Assembly: GCA_963743635.1 (NCBI GenBank)
Contig: CAVUQO010000002.1
Location: 448,001-512,000 of the forward strand
From: Candidatus Babeliales bacterium
Lineage (GTDB): Bacteria > Babelota > Babeliae > Babelales > Vermiphilaceae
DNA: 64,000 bases
Direction of reading: 5' to 3'
This document shows, in pieces, positions 28,205 through 37,753 of the stretch. Under the pieces are notes generated by a model. The model did no database searches and was not told the origin of the DNA. It was given only the letters and a program-made list of their open reading frames with translations. How positions within the stretch are numbered: the first letter of the stretch is position 1; the number at the start of each line of letters is the position of its first letter. The position numbers were made by a program, and so were the translations under genes.

Positions 28205-29521
28205 TTAACGTGGTTGCATAATAGTAACGCTTGCAGCAGGTGATACAACGCCAACTCCATCAGTGCCGGTGACATAATAACTATGCGTACTGCCTGGAAG
28301 TACATAGTCATAAAACACTAATGGTGCTGTTGCAGGAATGGTTGCAGCAAGATCAGTGAGCGCAGCATCACGGTAGATGTTATAGGTAACCGGAAGGGGT
28401 AAGCTTGGCGCTTGCCATGTAACACGATTTATTGGTTTTGCTTGCAAAAGAAATCTATTGCGCAGCGCAGCACCTTGCAGATTTGCCGGCGCTGAAACAG
28501 GAAGCGCTATCACGCTCAATGTCGAGGTCGTGGAAGAATAGTTTGAAACGTAAGCTAGTTGGCCGTCAGGCGTTATTGCCAGGCCGCCTGGTGCAGAAAA
28601 TCCGTCGATTGTCGCAATGATGGTATTACTTGCAATATCTACGACGCTTACTGTGGTGGTATTAGAATTTGCAACGTATGCATATTGCCCGGACGGCGTA
28701 ATGGCGATGGCATCGGGCTGATTAAATCCATCAATCGTACGTACAATAAGATTAGTGGTGGTATCTATTATACTGACGGTCGTACTATTACCATTAGCAA
28801 CGTATACATATCGGCCATCGGAAGTTATGGCTATGCCGAAAGGGCCGTTAAAGCCCGCAATAGTGTCTGTGACGGTATTAGAATTTATATCAATAACACT
28901 TACTGTAGTGGTGCCAGAATTAGTAACATATGCATACTGTCCATTGGGCGTTATAGCGATAAGTCCTCCACCATTAAACGGGCCATTCAATCCAGGCGTA
29001 GATAACACAGTATTGCTTGCGATATCGATCACCGTAACCGTGGGAATGTAGTAATTGGAAACATAGGCATATTTGCCATCTGGTGTTATTGCAATACCAT
29101 TGGGGCCGTGAAAGAAGGATCCGACTAAGCCTGGTGCTGGGAGCACTGTGTTGGTAGCTATGTCAATCAGACTCACCCAATATGCGCCGCCATTGGTAAC
29201 ATACGCATACTTACCATCGGGTGTTATAGCGACATACGCTGCGAACGAGGGCGCGTAGGGGGTGCCTAAGGAAAGCCCCGGCGTGTTGAGCACTGTGTTG
29301 GTGGCTACATCTACCACATTCACATAAGGCCCGCCCCCGCCATTATTACATACGTAAAGATATTGACCATCAGGGGTGAAGGCCAAGCCTTCAGGATTTT
29401 GAAATCCGTTAATCGTATTGATTAGTGTGTTGGGAATTGTTGCACAAAAAGACGCGTGGGCAAAGATCAACAGTGATGTGCCACAGATTATGCGCGTCAA
29501 TAATGATTGAATGGGTTTCAT
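28205..29521 (-). CDS. YVTN/YncE beta-propeller surface protein with C-terminal FN3-like domain
   Basis: Seven AITPDG.YAYV.N...TVSVID..TN repeats; signal peptide; C-terminal N.FLLQ...VTW...YNIY. Confidence 0.9.
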   Translation of the reverse strand: MKPIQSLLTRIICGTSLLIFAHASFCATIPNTLINTINGFQNPEGLAFTPDGQYLYVCNNGGGGPYVNVVDVATNTVLNTPGLSLGTPYAPSFAAYVAITPDGKYAYVTNGGAYWVSLIDIATNTVLPAPGLVGSFFHGPNGIAITPDGKYAYVSNYYIPTVTVIDIASNTVLSTPGLNGPFNGGGLIAITPNGQYAYVTNSGTTTVSVIDINSNTVTDTIAGFNGPFGIAITSDGRYVYVANGNSTTVSIIDTTTNLIVRTIDGFNQPDAIAITPSGQYAYVANSNTTTVSVVDIASNTIIATIDGFSAPGGLAITPDGQLAYVSNYSSTTSTLSVIALPVSAPANLQGAALRNRFLLQAKPINRVTWQAPSLPLPVTYNIYRDAALTDLAATIPATAPLVFYDYVLPGSTHSYYVTGTDGVGVVSPAASVTIMQPR

Positions 29522-29761
29522 TTTTACTCTCCTAAAAACATGCTTTTTATGGAGCATATCTGAGGTGCCGGGCCATGTAAATAGACCTTATGCAAACAAT
29601 CAAAATAAGCTGATTTTATAACATATATATTCACGTACCCCTAGAAGCCTTCTCCTTGAACCTGGACCGATGGGGGGGGGGTTGAATTATATTTTCAATT
29701 TGATAATATGGTAGTAGGATAGTAAAAACTTAGATTTAACCTATTTTTAGGGAAGGTAACT

Positions 29762-30169
29762 ATGAAAAAGATAATAATGAGTATAATACTGGCTGCGGCA
29801 TACATGCCGTTGCATGGTATGTTTGATCTTGTTTTCAAACGAGTTGGTAATGCATCACAGCCCAGTCATGAGATTGAAAGATTTGTTCCCAAAGAAGGAG
29901 AACCAGGGAAATACGAAGGCCCAGTAGAGTTCTGCGAGTTTGATGTAATGCGGCCGATGATACTGAAAGTACAGGAAGGCGATGTTGTAAAAATATCTAC
30001 GCATGTACCGATATTTGATTTTTATGCAGGTGAGACTCATTGTTGGCGTGCAAGTAAATATATTAGGATAGAACCAAAAGTTAGGGACTGTGTTGTTTTA
30101 TTATCCGAAGATTCCATTACGATCGCCAGTCACGAATATATTTTACGCCTAAAGCAACGATTTCAGTAA
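29762..30169 (+). CDS. Hypothetical secreted protein
   Basis: Signal peptide MKKIIMSIILAAAYMPLHG; RBS GGAAGG. Confidence 0.7.
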   Translation: MKKIIMSIILAAAYMPLHGMFDLVFKRVGNASQPSHEIERFVPKEGEPGKYEGPVEFCEFDVMRPMILKVQEGDVVKISTHVPIFDFYAGETHCWRASKYIRIEPKVRDCVVLLSEDSITIASHEYILRLKQRFQ

Positions 30170-30178
30170 ATATAGCAT

Positions 30179-30227
30179 AAATAGAAACGCTCAACGGATT
30201 TCAACTCCCGTTGAGCGTTTCTATTTG
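30179..30227. terminator. Rho-independent terminator
   Basis: AAATAGAAACGCTCAACGG...CCGTTGAGCGTTTCTATTT. Confidence 0.85.
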
Positions 30228-30240
30228 GGGCCAACTCGAT

Positions 30241-30502
30241 GTAAAGATGTATGCCGAAACTGAAGATAATATCTGAAAAAAGATAATTTTTCATTCCCGT
30301 TCGTGCTGAGTGTTTCGCTCCTTATGGAGCGAAATGTGGCGAAGCATAAGGGATAGAGAAATTTATTTTAGATATTGAAAATTATCTTGCTCCTAATGCT
30401 TCGCCACGTTATTCGTCCTTCGTCTCTTCGTCAAGCTCAGAGCTCAGGACTCATAACACTCAGCACGAACGGAGATGTATATTTTGTTTATAAGAAAGCA
30501 TT
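30241..30502. repeat. Composite REP-like element (two inverted CCGTTCGTGCTGAGTGTT units)
   Basis: CCGTTCGTGCTGAGTGTT near 30297 and its reverse complement near 30455-30472; homologous to 5991-6452. Confidence 0.85.
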
Positions 30503-30515
30503 TTCCATTGCTTTC

Positions 30516-31943
30516 TTAGTATGATGTATAACTATCAATCACCGCTTGCAGAGTAGGAGTATTTTGCTTGCAGGCGGTATACATAAGTCCGCTCAGGAGA
30601 TCAATCTGCTGGGGCGTGTATTGTAAATTAAATGTGCCAGTAAAATCCGCAGTCTGAGGATCCCAGCCATTATGATACGTTTGATTTGCTACGAGCGGAA
30701 AATACACAATAGTCGGTATTCCTGCGTACGGATTTCCGGGGTGCACTGAGCATACGTTACTCAAAAGCTGTGTGTTTATAGCGGGAAATGGCAACCGATT
30801 ATTTTCTGCATACGTTTGCATGAGCATCAATTCCAATGATCTATCAGGAGTTGCCGTAAGATCAACCACTATAATAATATCCACGTGGCGTAACGGATCT
30901 AAAACTGGTGGCAACGGGATATTGCATAACATGCCAGCATCAACAAAAGTTAACGTGTTAACTTGGTTGGCAACAGCGTTGTGCATTTTGTAGTTCCAGT
31001 TGGGTAACTGCGCAGGAAGTACGCGTACCGATGTAAGGTCATCCAGTACCACGTTTGTCTGTAGTGTATTATCGACAAAGCCCAACAGCGTCTGTTCAGA
31101 GCCAGTAACACTTTCTGCCATCGCTACCAATGCATCCTGAACATCGGCAGAAATTGCCGATCCCCATATGCCCTGGGCGTTACTCAATGATAAGGGATAA
31201 CTGGTGTATGATATGTTACCGTTGGTAAACTGCGATCCGAGCGAACTTAAGGGAATAGCCGTTTTTAAAAAGGGACAGCGCACATCAAATGGTGTCCACT
31301 CTACCCAGCGGTAGAGCTGTTTGTCGGCTGCTTGAAGCGGCGTAACGCAACTGTATATCGGTAAAGGCAGAGATGCGTTTTCTGGTAGAGTGACATAATT
31401 GTTGACCATGATCTGGGTAAGATCGTTTTTTGGGTTATATGATAAAACTTTTTGGGCAATTAAAGAGCCCCATATATCATCAAGTGAAATCGATTGATCA
31501 TCGCTCACTTTTTTCACAAGTTCTTTAATAATGAGATCCGTATTAACATTTCCCAGCAACCCCTCTTGTAGGCGAGGCTTAAGGGATGAGATATATGCAG
31601 AAACTGATGTGCCAGATTGTAGCCATCCGCTGAGCGCCCACGTTGAGCCCGAAAGGCCGCAGATATAACTCGTAAGATCTAAAAGTCCGCCTTCTTGCAT
31701 GGCTTGTAAAAAGCCTAACGTGCCTATCATTGCACGTAACCCGCCGCCCGATGCACAGACCGCAATTTTAGGAACGCGTTGAGTATAGTTTGTTGGCAGC
31801 GCATTTTGGATATACGAAAGCCGATTGGCGCTATAGGAAATCTCTTGCGGACTGAGTGATGTTAACGGAACCACTTGCTGTGCGCCGTACGCACATGCGC
31901 TCAAGAGTAAGAGCGTTAACAAAAAAACAGGACGAATGCTCAT
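30516..31943 (-). CDS. cPLA2/phospholipase B-family (PLA2_B) phospholipase with signal peptide
   Basis: SGGGLRAM oxyanion motif, GLSGSTW nucleophile, WVEWTP, VDAG catalytic Asp. Confidence 0.9.
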   Translation of the reverse strand: MSIRPVFLLTLLLLSACAYGAQQVVPLTSLSPQEISYSANRLSYIQNALPTNYTQRVPKIAVCASGGGLRAMIGTLGFLQAMQEGGLLDLTSYICGLSGSTWALSGWLQSGTSVSAYISSLKPRLQEGLLGNVNTDLIIKELVKKVSDDQSISLDDIWGSLIAQKVLSYNPKNDLTQIMVNNYVTLPENASLPLPIYSCVTPLQAADKQLYRWVEWTPFDVRCPFLKTAIPLSSLGSQFTNGNISYTSYPLSLSNAQGIWGSAISADVQDALVAMAESVTGSEQTLLGFVDNTLQTNVVLDDLTSVRVLPAQLPNWNYKMHNAVANQVNTLTFVDAGMLCNIPLPPVLDPLRHVDIIIVVDLTATPDRSLELMLMQTYAENNRLPFPAINTQLLSNVCSVHPGNPYAGIPTIVYFPLVANQTYHNGWDPQTADFTGTFNLQYTPQQIDLLSGLMYTACKQNTPTLQAVIDSYTSY

Positions 31944-32011
31944 AGGATCACCTTTCTAACTATATACAGATCAGCTTCCGCCTTTACTTGGCGCGCCGTT
32001 TAGATTTTTTA

Positions 32012-33538
32012 TCATTGTATTGTCACCAGGACAGGAGTGCTTTCGCCAAGAATGCTGACGCTGGTTATCGAGAAATTTCTGCCATTATCACCATTTCCAA
32101 GACGCATTGTTGAGGTGAGCGGTGAAGTTGCGAGTACATTGCTCACGAGTGTCGTGCCGTTATAGATGTTGTATGAAACAACGTTCGTGCTGCTGCTTGC
32201 GGTCCAGGTGATGGTGAGAATGCGTTCTGTTTGATAAAGGAACACGTTGTTTGTGCGTGTACCAACAACGTTCGTAGGTGTGGATGGTGCTGGAGGAGTG
32301 GGCAAAGGCGTCGAATAAAATGATGCATACGCATTTGAATCATTAGAGTCGAGCCAGGTAGACACAAATCCACGAGTATTGGCGCTCAATGCAACGGCGC
32401 CTGTTATTGTGCTCGATTGGTTAGCCAAAATACAAGACATAGGCGTCCAATCGATGCCATTGTCCGTTGAGAGCAGCCATATAGGATTCCCATTAACATT
32501 CCAAGTGGACATAAAGCCCGCTTGATTAGCAGCAACCCATGGAGCAAAACATGTACCACTACCAGGAATAGGATTAGTAAATGGTGGTGTTGAGGTAAAT
32601 AAAGAAGCGGTTGCCCAATTGGCACTATTAGTACCGATTGAAAAAAGTGTTGCTCCTCCATTTATATTAGCGAGTGCGGCAGCTACAAAATATCCATTCA
32701 ATTCGGCTACAGTAGGAACAGTTTCAAACTCACCTATGTTAACCATGGGATAAATGGTCGGTGAAGTTGGTGAAAAAGGATTAATTGATTCAAAATATGC
32801 CGAATTTGTTTGATCGAGCCGTACGATCCAGGTAAGCATACAAGTATTGCCAACGACTACAGCGCTTACATATTGTTTTGGGGTTCCATTGACATTAAAT
32901 ACTGATCCATCAAAAGTAACTTGAGTTGGAGAACTCCATGCTGCAGTTCCGGTCGAAAAACTCACATATAAATTCTGATCATTTCCTATCATTGCAGCAA
33001 CAAAGCCTGATGATCCTCCGCTGACGTACACACTCGAGTTAGCCAAGAGTGGTGCTAATGCAGATGTGTTAGGATTTATTTGCATTGCTGCGCTCCAATT
33101 AGTGCCATTATCGGTTGTAAAGCTTGACCAGGCATTGCCATAACCATCTACCCACGTGGCTAAGAAGCCAGAGGCATTTCCAGCTAAAAAAACATCGACA
33201 TTAGGTCCAACATCTCCCAGAGCGGGGGTTATTAAACCGGTTTGCCAGGTAGAGCCATCGCTTGAAAAACTATAATGAGCGGTATTGTAAGAATCTACCC
33301 ACGCCACCATGAAACCGGCAGCGGTTCCCGCAGAAACTACGTCGCTGATGACGATGCCAGAATCGCTTAAATTGATCGGTGTGCTCCATGGCGTCGTTGA
33401 AGGGCATGACATTGCATCTAATCTTGATGCTATGAGGAGTAGAACAATAAACAAAAAACTTCTTTTGAGTAACGGAGATGTTCCGTGTTGTCCTGAGGGC
33501 TTTTGGTTGAACAAACGTTCACCGTGCATCATCATCAT
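32012..33538 (-). CDS. BNR/Asp-box repeat surface protein with C-terminal FN3-like domain
   Basis: SSDGSTW, TTDNGTNW, STDNGIDW Asp-boxes; GF.A.W.D repeats; shared C-terminal domain. Confidence 0.8.
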   Translation of the reverse strand: MMMMHGERLFNQKPSGQHGTSPLLKRSFLFIVLLLIASRLDAMSCPSTTPWSTPINLSDSGIVISDVVSAGTAAGFMVAWVDSYNTAHYSFSSDGSTWQTGLITPALGDVGPNVDVFLAGNASGFLATWVDGYGNAWSSFTTDNGTNWSAAMQINPNTSALAPLLANSSVYVSGGSSGFVAAMIGNDQNLYVSFSTGTAAWSSPTQVTFDGSVFNVNGTPKQYVSAVVVGNTCMLTWIVRLDQTNSAYFESINPFSPTSPTIYPMVNIGEFETVPTVAELNGYFVAAALANINGGATLFSIGTNSANWATASLFTSTPPFTNPIPGSGTCFAPWVAANQAGFMSTWNVNGNPIWLLSTDNGIDWTPMSCILANQSSTITGAVALSANTRGFVSTWLDSNDSNAYASFYSTPLPTPPAPSTPTNVVGTRTNNVFLYQTERILTITWTASSSTNVVSYNIYNGTTLVSNVLATSPLTSTMRLGNGDNGRNFSITSVSILGESTPVLVTIQ

Positions 33539-33664
33539 ATATATCCTTTTTTATTGGAGTGAGGTATGTGAATAAAAACATCATATGAGTTGGTATATCA
33601 AAGATATGCGGATGAGATCAAGTAAATCAGAATTAATGCGAGTCGAGGAGCTCATTTAAATGCA

Positions 33665-33691
33665 AAAATCCACGGAATCCCGTGGATTTTT
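33665..33691. terminator. Rho-independent terminator
   Basis: AAAATCCACGG-AATC-CCGTGGATTTT. Confidence 0.75.
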
Positions 33692-33721
33692 ACTTAGATT
33701 GAGCTCGCGTTCGATGCATTA

Positions 33722-33919
33722 TTATTTTTGAACCCACTGACCATCTTCATCTTTTTTATATCGTTGTTTTACGGCAGACCACGCTACCTTAAAGGCTTGC
33801 TCTTCATTCCCGTATTCTTCATGAGCATTATTGAAAGCGGTACGAAAAATATCTTGGGCGTGTTCCGGTAAGATGTCGGAAATGTTTTTTGGAAGATCTG
33901 CATTGCTATAATAAGGCAT
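33722..33919 (-). CDS. chaB: ChaB family protein
   Basis: MPY....DLP......LPEHAQDIF..AFN.A...Y..E..AFKVAWSAVK..Y.K...W. Confidence 0.92.
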   Translation of the reverse strand: MPYYSNADLPKNISDILPEHAQDIFRTAFNNAHEEYGNEEQAFKVAWSAVKQRYKKDEDGQWVQK

Positions 33920-34175
33920 GAGTACTCCTTTGAGAGTTTGGTAATTAATTATTTTTTTGGTCGTTCAAAACGTAATCAATCTCTGTGTAGGCACGCTATC
34001 AGATCGCATCATGGTTATGCAATAGATCCTTGAACGAAATGGTCGGATCCTTGCCGGTTCGTGTAAAACCTCGTAGGAAAGGCGGTAACGTTGTGGAGAG
34101 CGACGTACCTATAGTAAAATAGGGAATGGATATGCTATTATGTTTCTATATTTCATCTTTCTAGAAAGGATAAAC

Positions 34176-34874
34176 ATGTTTAACATGAATAGCGAAACCA
34201 CGCAAAACGTTATGCAGAAGGTGTACGTATGGATGTGCACAGGCCTATTGATCAGTGCCGCTTCATCATACGGATTACTTTTCTTCCCTGAACTTTTAAC
34301 CACCATCTTCTCCTCAGTGTGGTATCTTTTTGGCATTTTTGCGCTGGAAATAGGGCTTGTGATATACATTTCGGCATACATTAATAAAATGCGCTATAGC
34401 ACTGCCGCATTCGCGTTTATGCTTTACTCATTTGTGAGTGGTATCACGCTTGCGCCGATCTTTATCATGTATGAAATGCCTTCTATCGCACTTACCTTTG
34501 CATGCACTGCCGGTATGTTTGGCGTTATGGCATTGTATGGGTATATCACTAAAACTGATCTGACCAGTATGGGCAACCTCATGATTATGGCGCTCTTGGG
34601 TTTGATCATCGCCTCACTTTCGAACTTGTATTTCCAGAATGGCACATTCGACTACATTCTTGCCTTTATAGGCGTCATTATCTTTACCGCATTAACGGCA
34701 TATGATGTGCAGAAGATCAAGCAGCTCATCCGTATGGTTGAGTATGAGGGAGATCAGGAGGCATATGGCGAGACAATTAGTAAGGTTGCACTCCTTGGCG
34801 CATTAACTTTATATCTTGATTTCGTGAACCTGTTCCTTAGTTTGCTCCGGTTGATGGGCAGAAGACGTGACTAA
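34176..34874 (+). CDS. Bax inhibitor-1/YccA family membrane protein
   Basis: KVYVWM..GL, YGYITKTDL, TAYDVQKIK, ALTLYLDFVNLFL.LL. Confidence 0.93.
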   Translation: MFNMNSETTQNVMQKVYVWMCTGLLISAASSYGLLFFPELLTTIFSSVWYLFGIFALEIGLVIYISAYINKMRYSTAAFAFMLYSFVSGITLAPIFIMYEMPSIALTFACTAGMFGVMALYGYITKTDLTSMGNLMIMALLGLIIASLSNLYFQNGTFDYILAFIGVIIFTALTAYDVQKIKQLIRMVEYEGDQEAYGETISKVALLGALTLYLDFVNLFLSLLRLMGRRRD

Positions 34875-34901
34875 GTAAAACATTCGATTATAAAATTAGA
34901 T

Positions 34902-34928
34902 CCCCACGAGAAATCGTGGGGTTTTTTA
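34902..34928 (+). terminator. Rho-independent terminator (same core as 39989-40023)
   Basis: CCCCACGA-GAAA-TCGTGGGG-TTTTTT. Confidence 0.85.
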
Positions 34929-34932
34929 TTGA

Positions 34933-35080
34933 GTGGCGAAGCCCGACGTAGTTTGCCGAGCCGGAAGGCCCCGTCGTCGCCTACGGCTATGCCGGACGCT
35001 GCCGGATTCATGAAGACAGGACCGGCCTGTCAGGCGTAGCTCCAAAAAGGAGCGAAGACTGAATAAACGTAGACGAGGGA
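34933..35080. repeat. Cluster of GC-rich REP-like palindromes
   Basis: CGCCTACGGCTATGCCGGAC, GACAGG-ACCGG-CCTGTC, GTAGCTCC-AAAAA-GGAGCGAAGAC; related motifs at 6150-6240, 6355-6380 and 26419-26443. Confidence 0.65.
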
Positions 35081-35221
35081 ATTTTTTTTATAGCAAGACT
35101 TATTAGGCAATGCGCATAAGGGGCGCGCAAATTTGTGCACTGTTTACAACAGGGCGCTATATATATACGTATTTCTATGATAAAATGCTCATATATTATG
35201 AACTTTTAATCGTCTATTTCT

Positions 35222-37636
35222 ATGAAACATTACGTTGTCGCCTATTTTCTTGTAGTATCTTTATGGCTTGGTAACTTGCATGCGGCTCCTTCATTTGCGC
35301 AGGTGTGCAATACGCTCTATATCAACTGGTATGATAATCCCCTTCGTACTCATGATTTTCACGATGAAATTTTGCATTCGATACAGAAGAATGACTCTCT
35401 TTTTATGAATCAGGTCATTGAGCATAAAGCATCAAAAAATCAAAAAATGATGCTCTCCGCTGCGCATATTAAGGCAGCGGTTGCGCGTAACCGCTATGAT
35501 GTCCTTAATCAGGATGGCACTGAATTTTCGCCTGCGGCAGTAGAAGATGATGCGCCGATTATGAAGGCGCTCGATGTGTTAAAGAATGCGCAGGATATTA
35601 AGGTGGCGCAAGATACTGTTGCGCAGGATGCGAGCTTTTTTGTTGGTAATGTGTTGCAGCAGAAAAAGAACTATAGCGTGCCTTTGTTGCAAAAAATTGC
35701 TGATTCATGTTCTTCAAAAGAAGTTTTTAGCTACGTTGTTCGCCATATCAAGGATTTGCAAAAGAAACTGGAAGCGTGTGTAGCAAACAATCAGGAAAAT
35801 GAAGAATGTAAAAATCGTTCTGGCCAATTAGTTGCGCGTTATGGAGCTCTCAATGCGGGCATGATCAAGAATATGTTTTGTACTTCGCTAACACCTACCT
35901 TGCATGCAGCATTGCTGAGGCATTGCAAGAGTGAGCTGAAAGATGAACTGCCGCGTATGTCTTATGAAGATAAAAAGAGGTATGTGGATTATAATTATCG
36001 CGAACTTATAAAGATAGTTTCTGATGATCAAGCAAGCGAGCTCGTTATGGATGCTCTATCCCTTCCTGCAATATTACGTGATCCTGTAGTGAAAAAACGA
36101 GTTGTAGAAGCTGCTTTCAAAATAGACAATATCATTGATCTATTAGATCGTTTGTTACTTGCGTCAGAGAATGATGGGGCGGAGAATAGACAGCCACTGC
36201 AATATCATGAGCAATGTATGATGCCATGGAAGCTGAATTATGATGCTAACGTAGTGGATCTGGTGCGCGGGATGAGACTTTCAGAAGAAGATCGTCGAAT
36301 TCTGGAGGAGAAGATAAAAAACGCACTGGATGACGAAGACTATCATATTGTAGAAGCATTATTCACTCTATGCCCATTGCTCAGCAACAAGGATGCTAAA
36401 GAGATAGAGCCTCTCTTAGCGGAAATACGCCAAAAATATGAGATTTTCAAAGATGCTTGGACATTTCATAGAATAAGTGAGAATTTTCTCGTTGCTCCAT
36501 TAAATAAAGGCACTTTAAGTTCATTATGGCATACAGTTTTGCATGAATCATTTTTTGATCCTATATTGGGGCATATTGCGTATGGATTAACTAAAAGCAA
36601 GATAGGTGATATTGCGGCCAATAGTGATAATCCATTTGTTCAAAAAGTATTTGCAGATCATCACAATCAGGATAACCCTGATTATCATCAGGATGGTATA
36701 CGAGCGGCATGTGCCCATCCTTTAATCCTGAAAGAAGCACTTACTTATCTTGATTATTTAATTGATAGGTATCAAACACAGAATGAGAGGGCTCATAAGT
36801 GCTGCATATGTTTAGAGCCCTATAATGCATTGACTTTTCAAGGGCAGATTTCTGGATTAGGGCCGGATGCGCCACAACCACAAGGTAAGAAGAAGATAGC
36901 TATTACGTATTGTGGTGAAAATCATACCATGTGTGTGGCCTGCTGTAATAATCCGCATTTAGTAGCGTGTCCTTTGTGTAGAGAGGCGTTAGATGTAGGT
37001 GTAAAGATTATGCACTGTCAAATCTGTACGTCTGCCGTTAATGATAATAGGTTTGTTTATTGCAAAGAATGTGATTCAGTGGGTGTAATATGCGATAGTT
37101 GCTCTCACGTTCCCTGTTGTAAAAAAGCGATATTGCCGGCAGATGCCGTTGATAAGGCTTCAATCTTGAAGCATGTCGAAACCATTACTCAAAGACTAGA
37201 ACAGGACCTTGCAGAAGTTATAAGGCAACAAGGGGCATCTTATGGGAGAGCGCGTAATGCCATAGTTGCAGAGGCGGTGCAAGCGGAAGTGGTGATGAGC
37301 AATCATAGGCAAGTATTGGAAAAACGTATCGGAGAGTTGGGGGATGAACTTGAGCGCAGAGAGAAATCTTTAAATATACTTCGATTGCACGTATCCCTGC
37401 GATCACAGCTTCACAGAGGAGCTGATGACGCTAAGATTGCCGCATATAACAAGCTTGTAGTGGAATACAATCAGCTGCTAGCTCAACACAAAAGCAATCT
37501 TGCTGACACTGAACGATTGCGCAGTTCATATAGGGAGAGGGAGGTTGGTCTTAATCGGACTTGCGCTCATAACATTGCGAATTTAAGGCAATCTCATCAA
37601 ACATTGATAGCTGATCTTAGGGCATTGATCAAATGA
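35222..37636 (+). CDS. Secreted RING-finger protein (candidate E3 ubiquitin ligase effector) with second Cys cluster and coiled coil
   Basis: Signal peptide; CICL...CGENHTMCVAC...CPLCR; CQIC...CKEC...CDSC...CC; C-terminal heptads. Confidence 0.8.
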   Translation: MKHYVVAYFLVVSLWLGNLHAAPSFAQVCNTLYINWYDNPLRTHDFHDEILHSIQKNDSLFMNQVIEHKASKNQKMMLSAAHIKAAVARNRYDVLNQDGTEFSPAAVEDDAPIMKALDVLKNAQDIKVAQDTVAQDASFFVGNVLQQKKNYSVPLLQKIADSCSSKEVFSYVVRHIKDLQKKLEACVANNQENEECKNRSGQLVARYGALNAGMIKNMFCTSLTPTLHAALLRHCKSELKDELPRMSYEDKKRYVDYNYRELIKIVSDDQASELVMDALSLPAILRDPVVKKRVVEAAFKIDNIIDLLDRLLLASENDGAENRQPLQYHEQCMMPWKLNYDANVVDLVRGMRLSEEDRRILEEKIKNALDDEDYHIVEALFTLCPLLSNKDAKEIEPLLAEIRQKYEIFKDAWTFHRISENFLVAPLNKGTLSSLWHTVLHESFFDPILGHIAYGLTKSKIGDIAANSDNPFVQKVFADHHNQDNPDYHQDGIRAACAHPLILKEALTYLDYLIDRYQTQNERAHKCCICLEPYNALTFQGQISGLGPDAPQPQGKKKIAITYCGENHTMCVACCNNPHLVACPLCREALDVGVKIMHCQICTSAVNDNRFVYCKECDSVGVICDSCSHVPCCKKAILPADAVDKASILKHVETITQRLEQDLAEVIRQQGASYGRARNAIVAEAVQAEVVMSNHRQVLEKRIGELGDELERREKSLNILRLHVSLRSQLHRGADDAKIAAYNKLVVEYNQLLAQHKSNLADTERLRSSYREREVGLNRTCAHNIANLRQSHQTLIADLRALIK

Positions 37637-37753
37637 AGATGTGATCCTCTGGTGCCCCGATAAGCAGCATGTCCCTGCGTGAAGGCGACTATCTTTTTTT
37701 ACTCATTTTTTTACAATAGTTAAAGTTAGTTACCGTATGTAGGAGAGTACATT

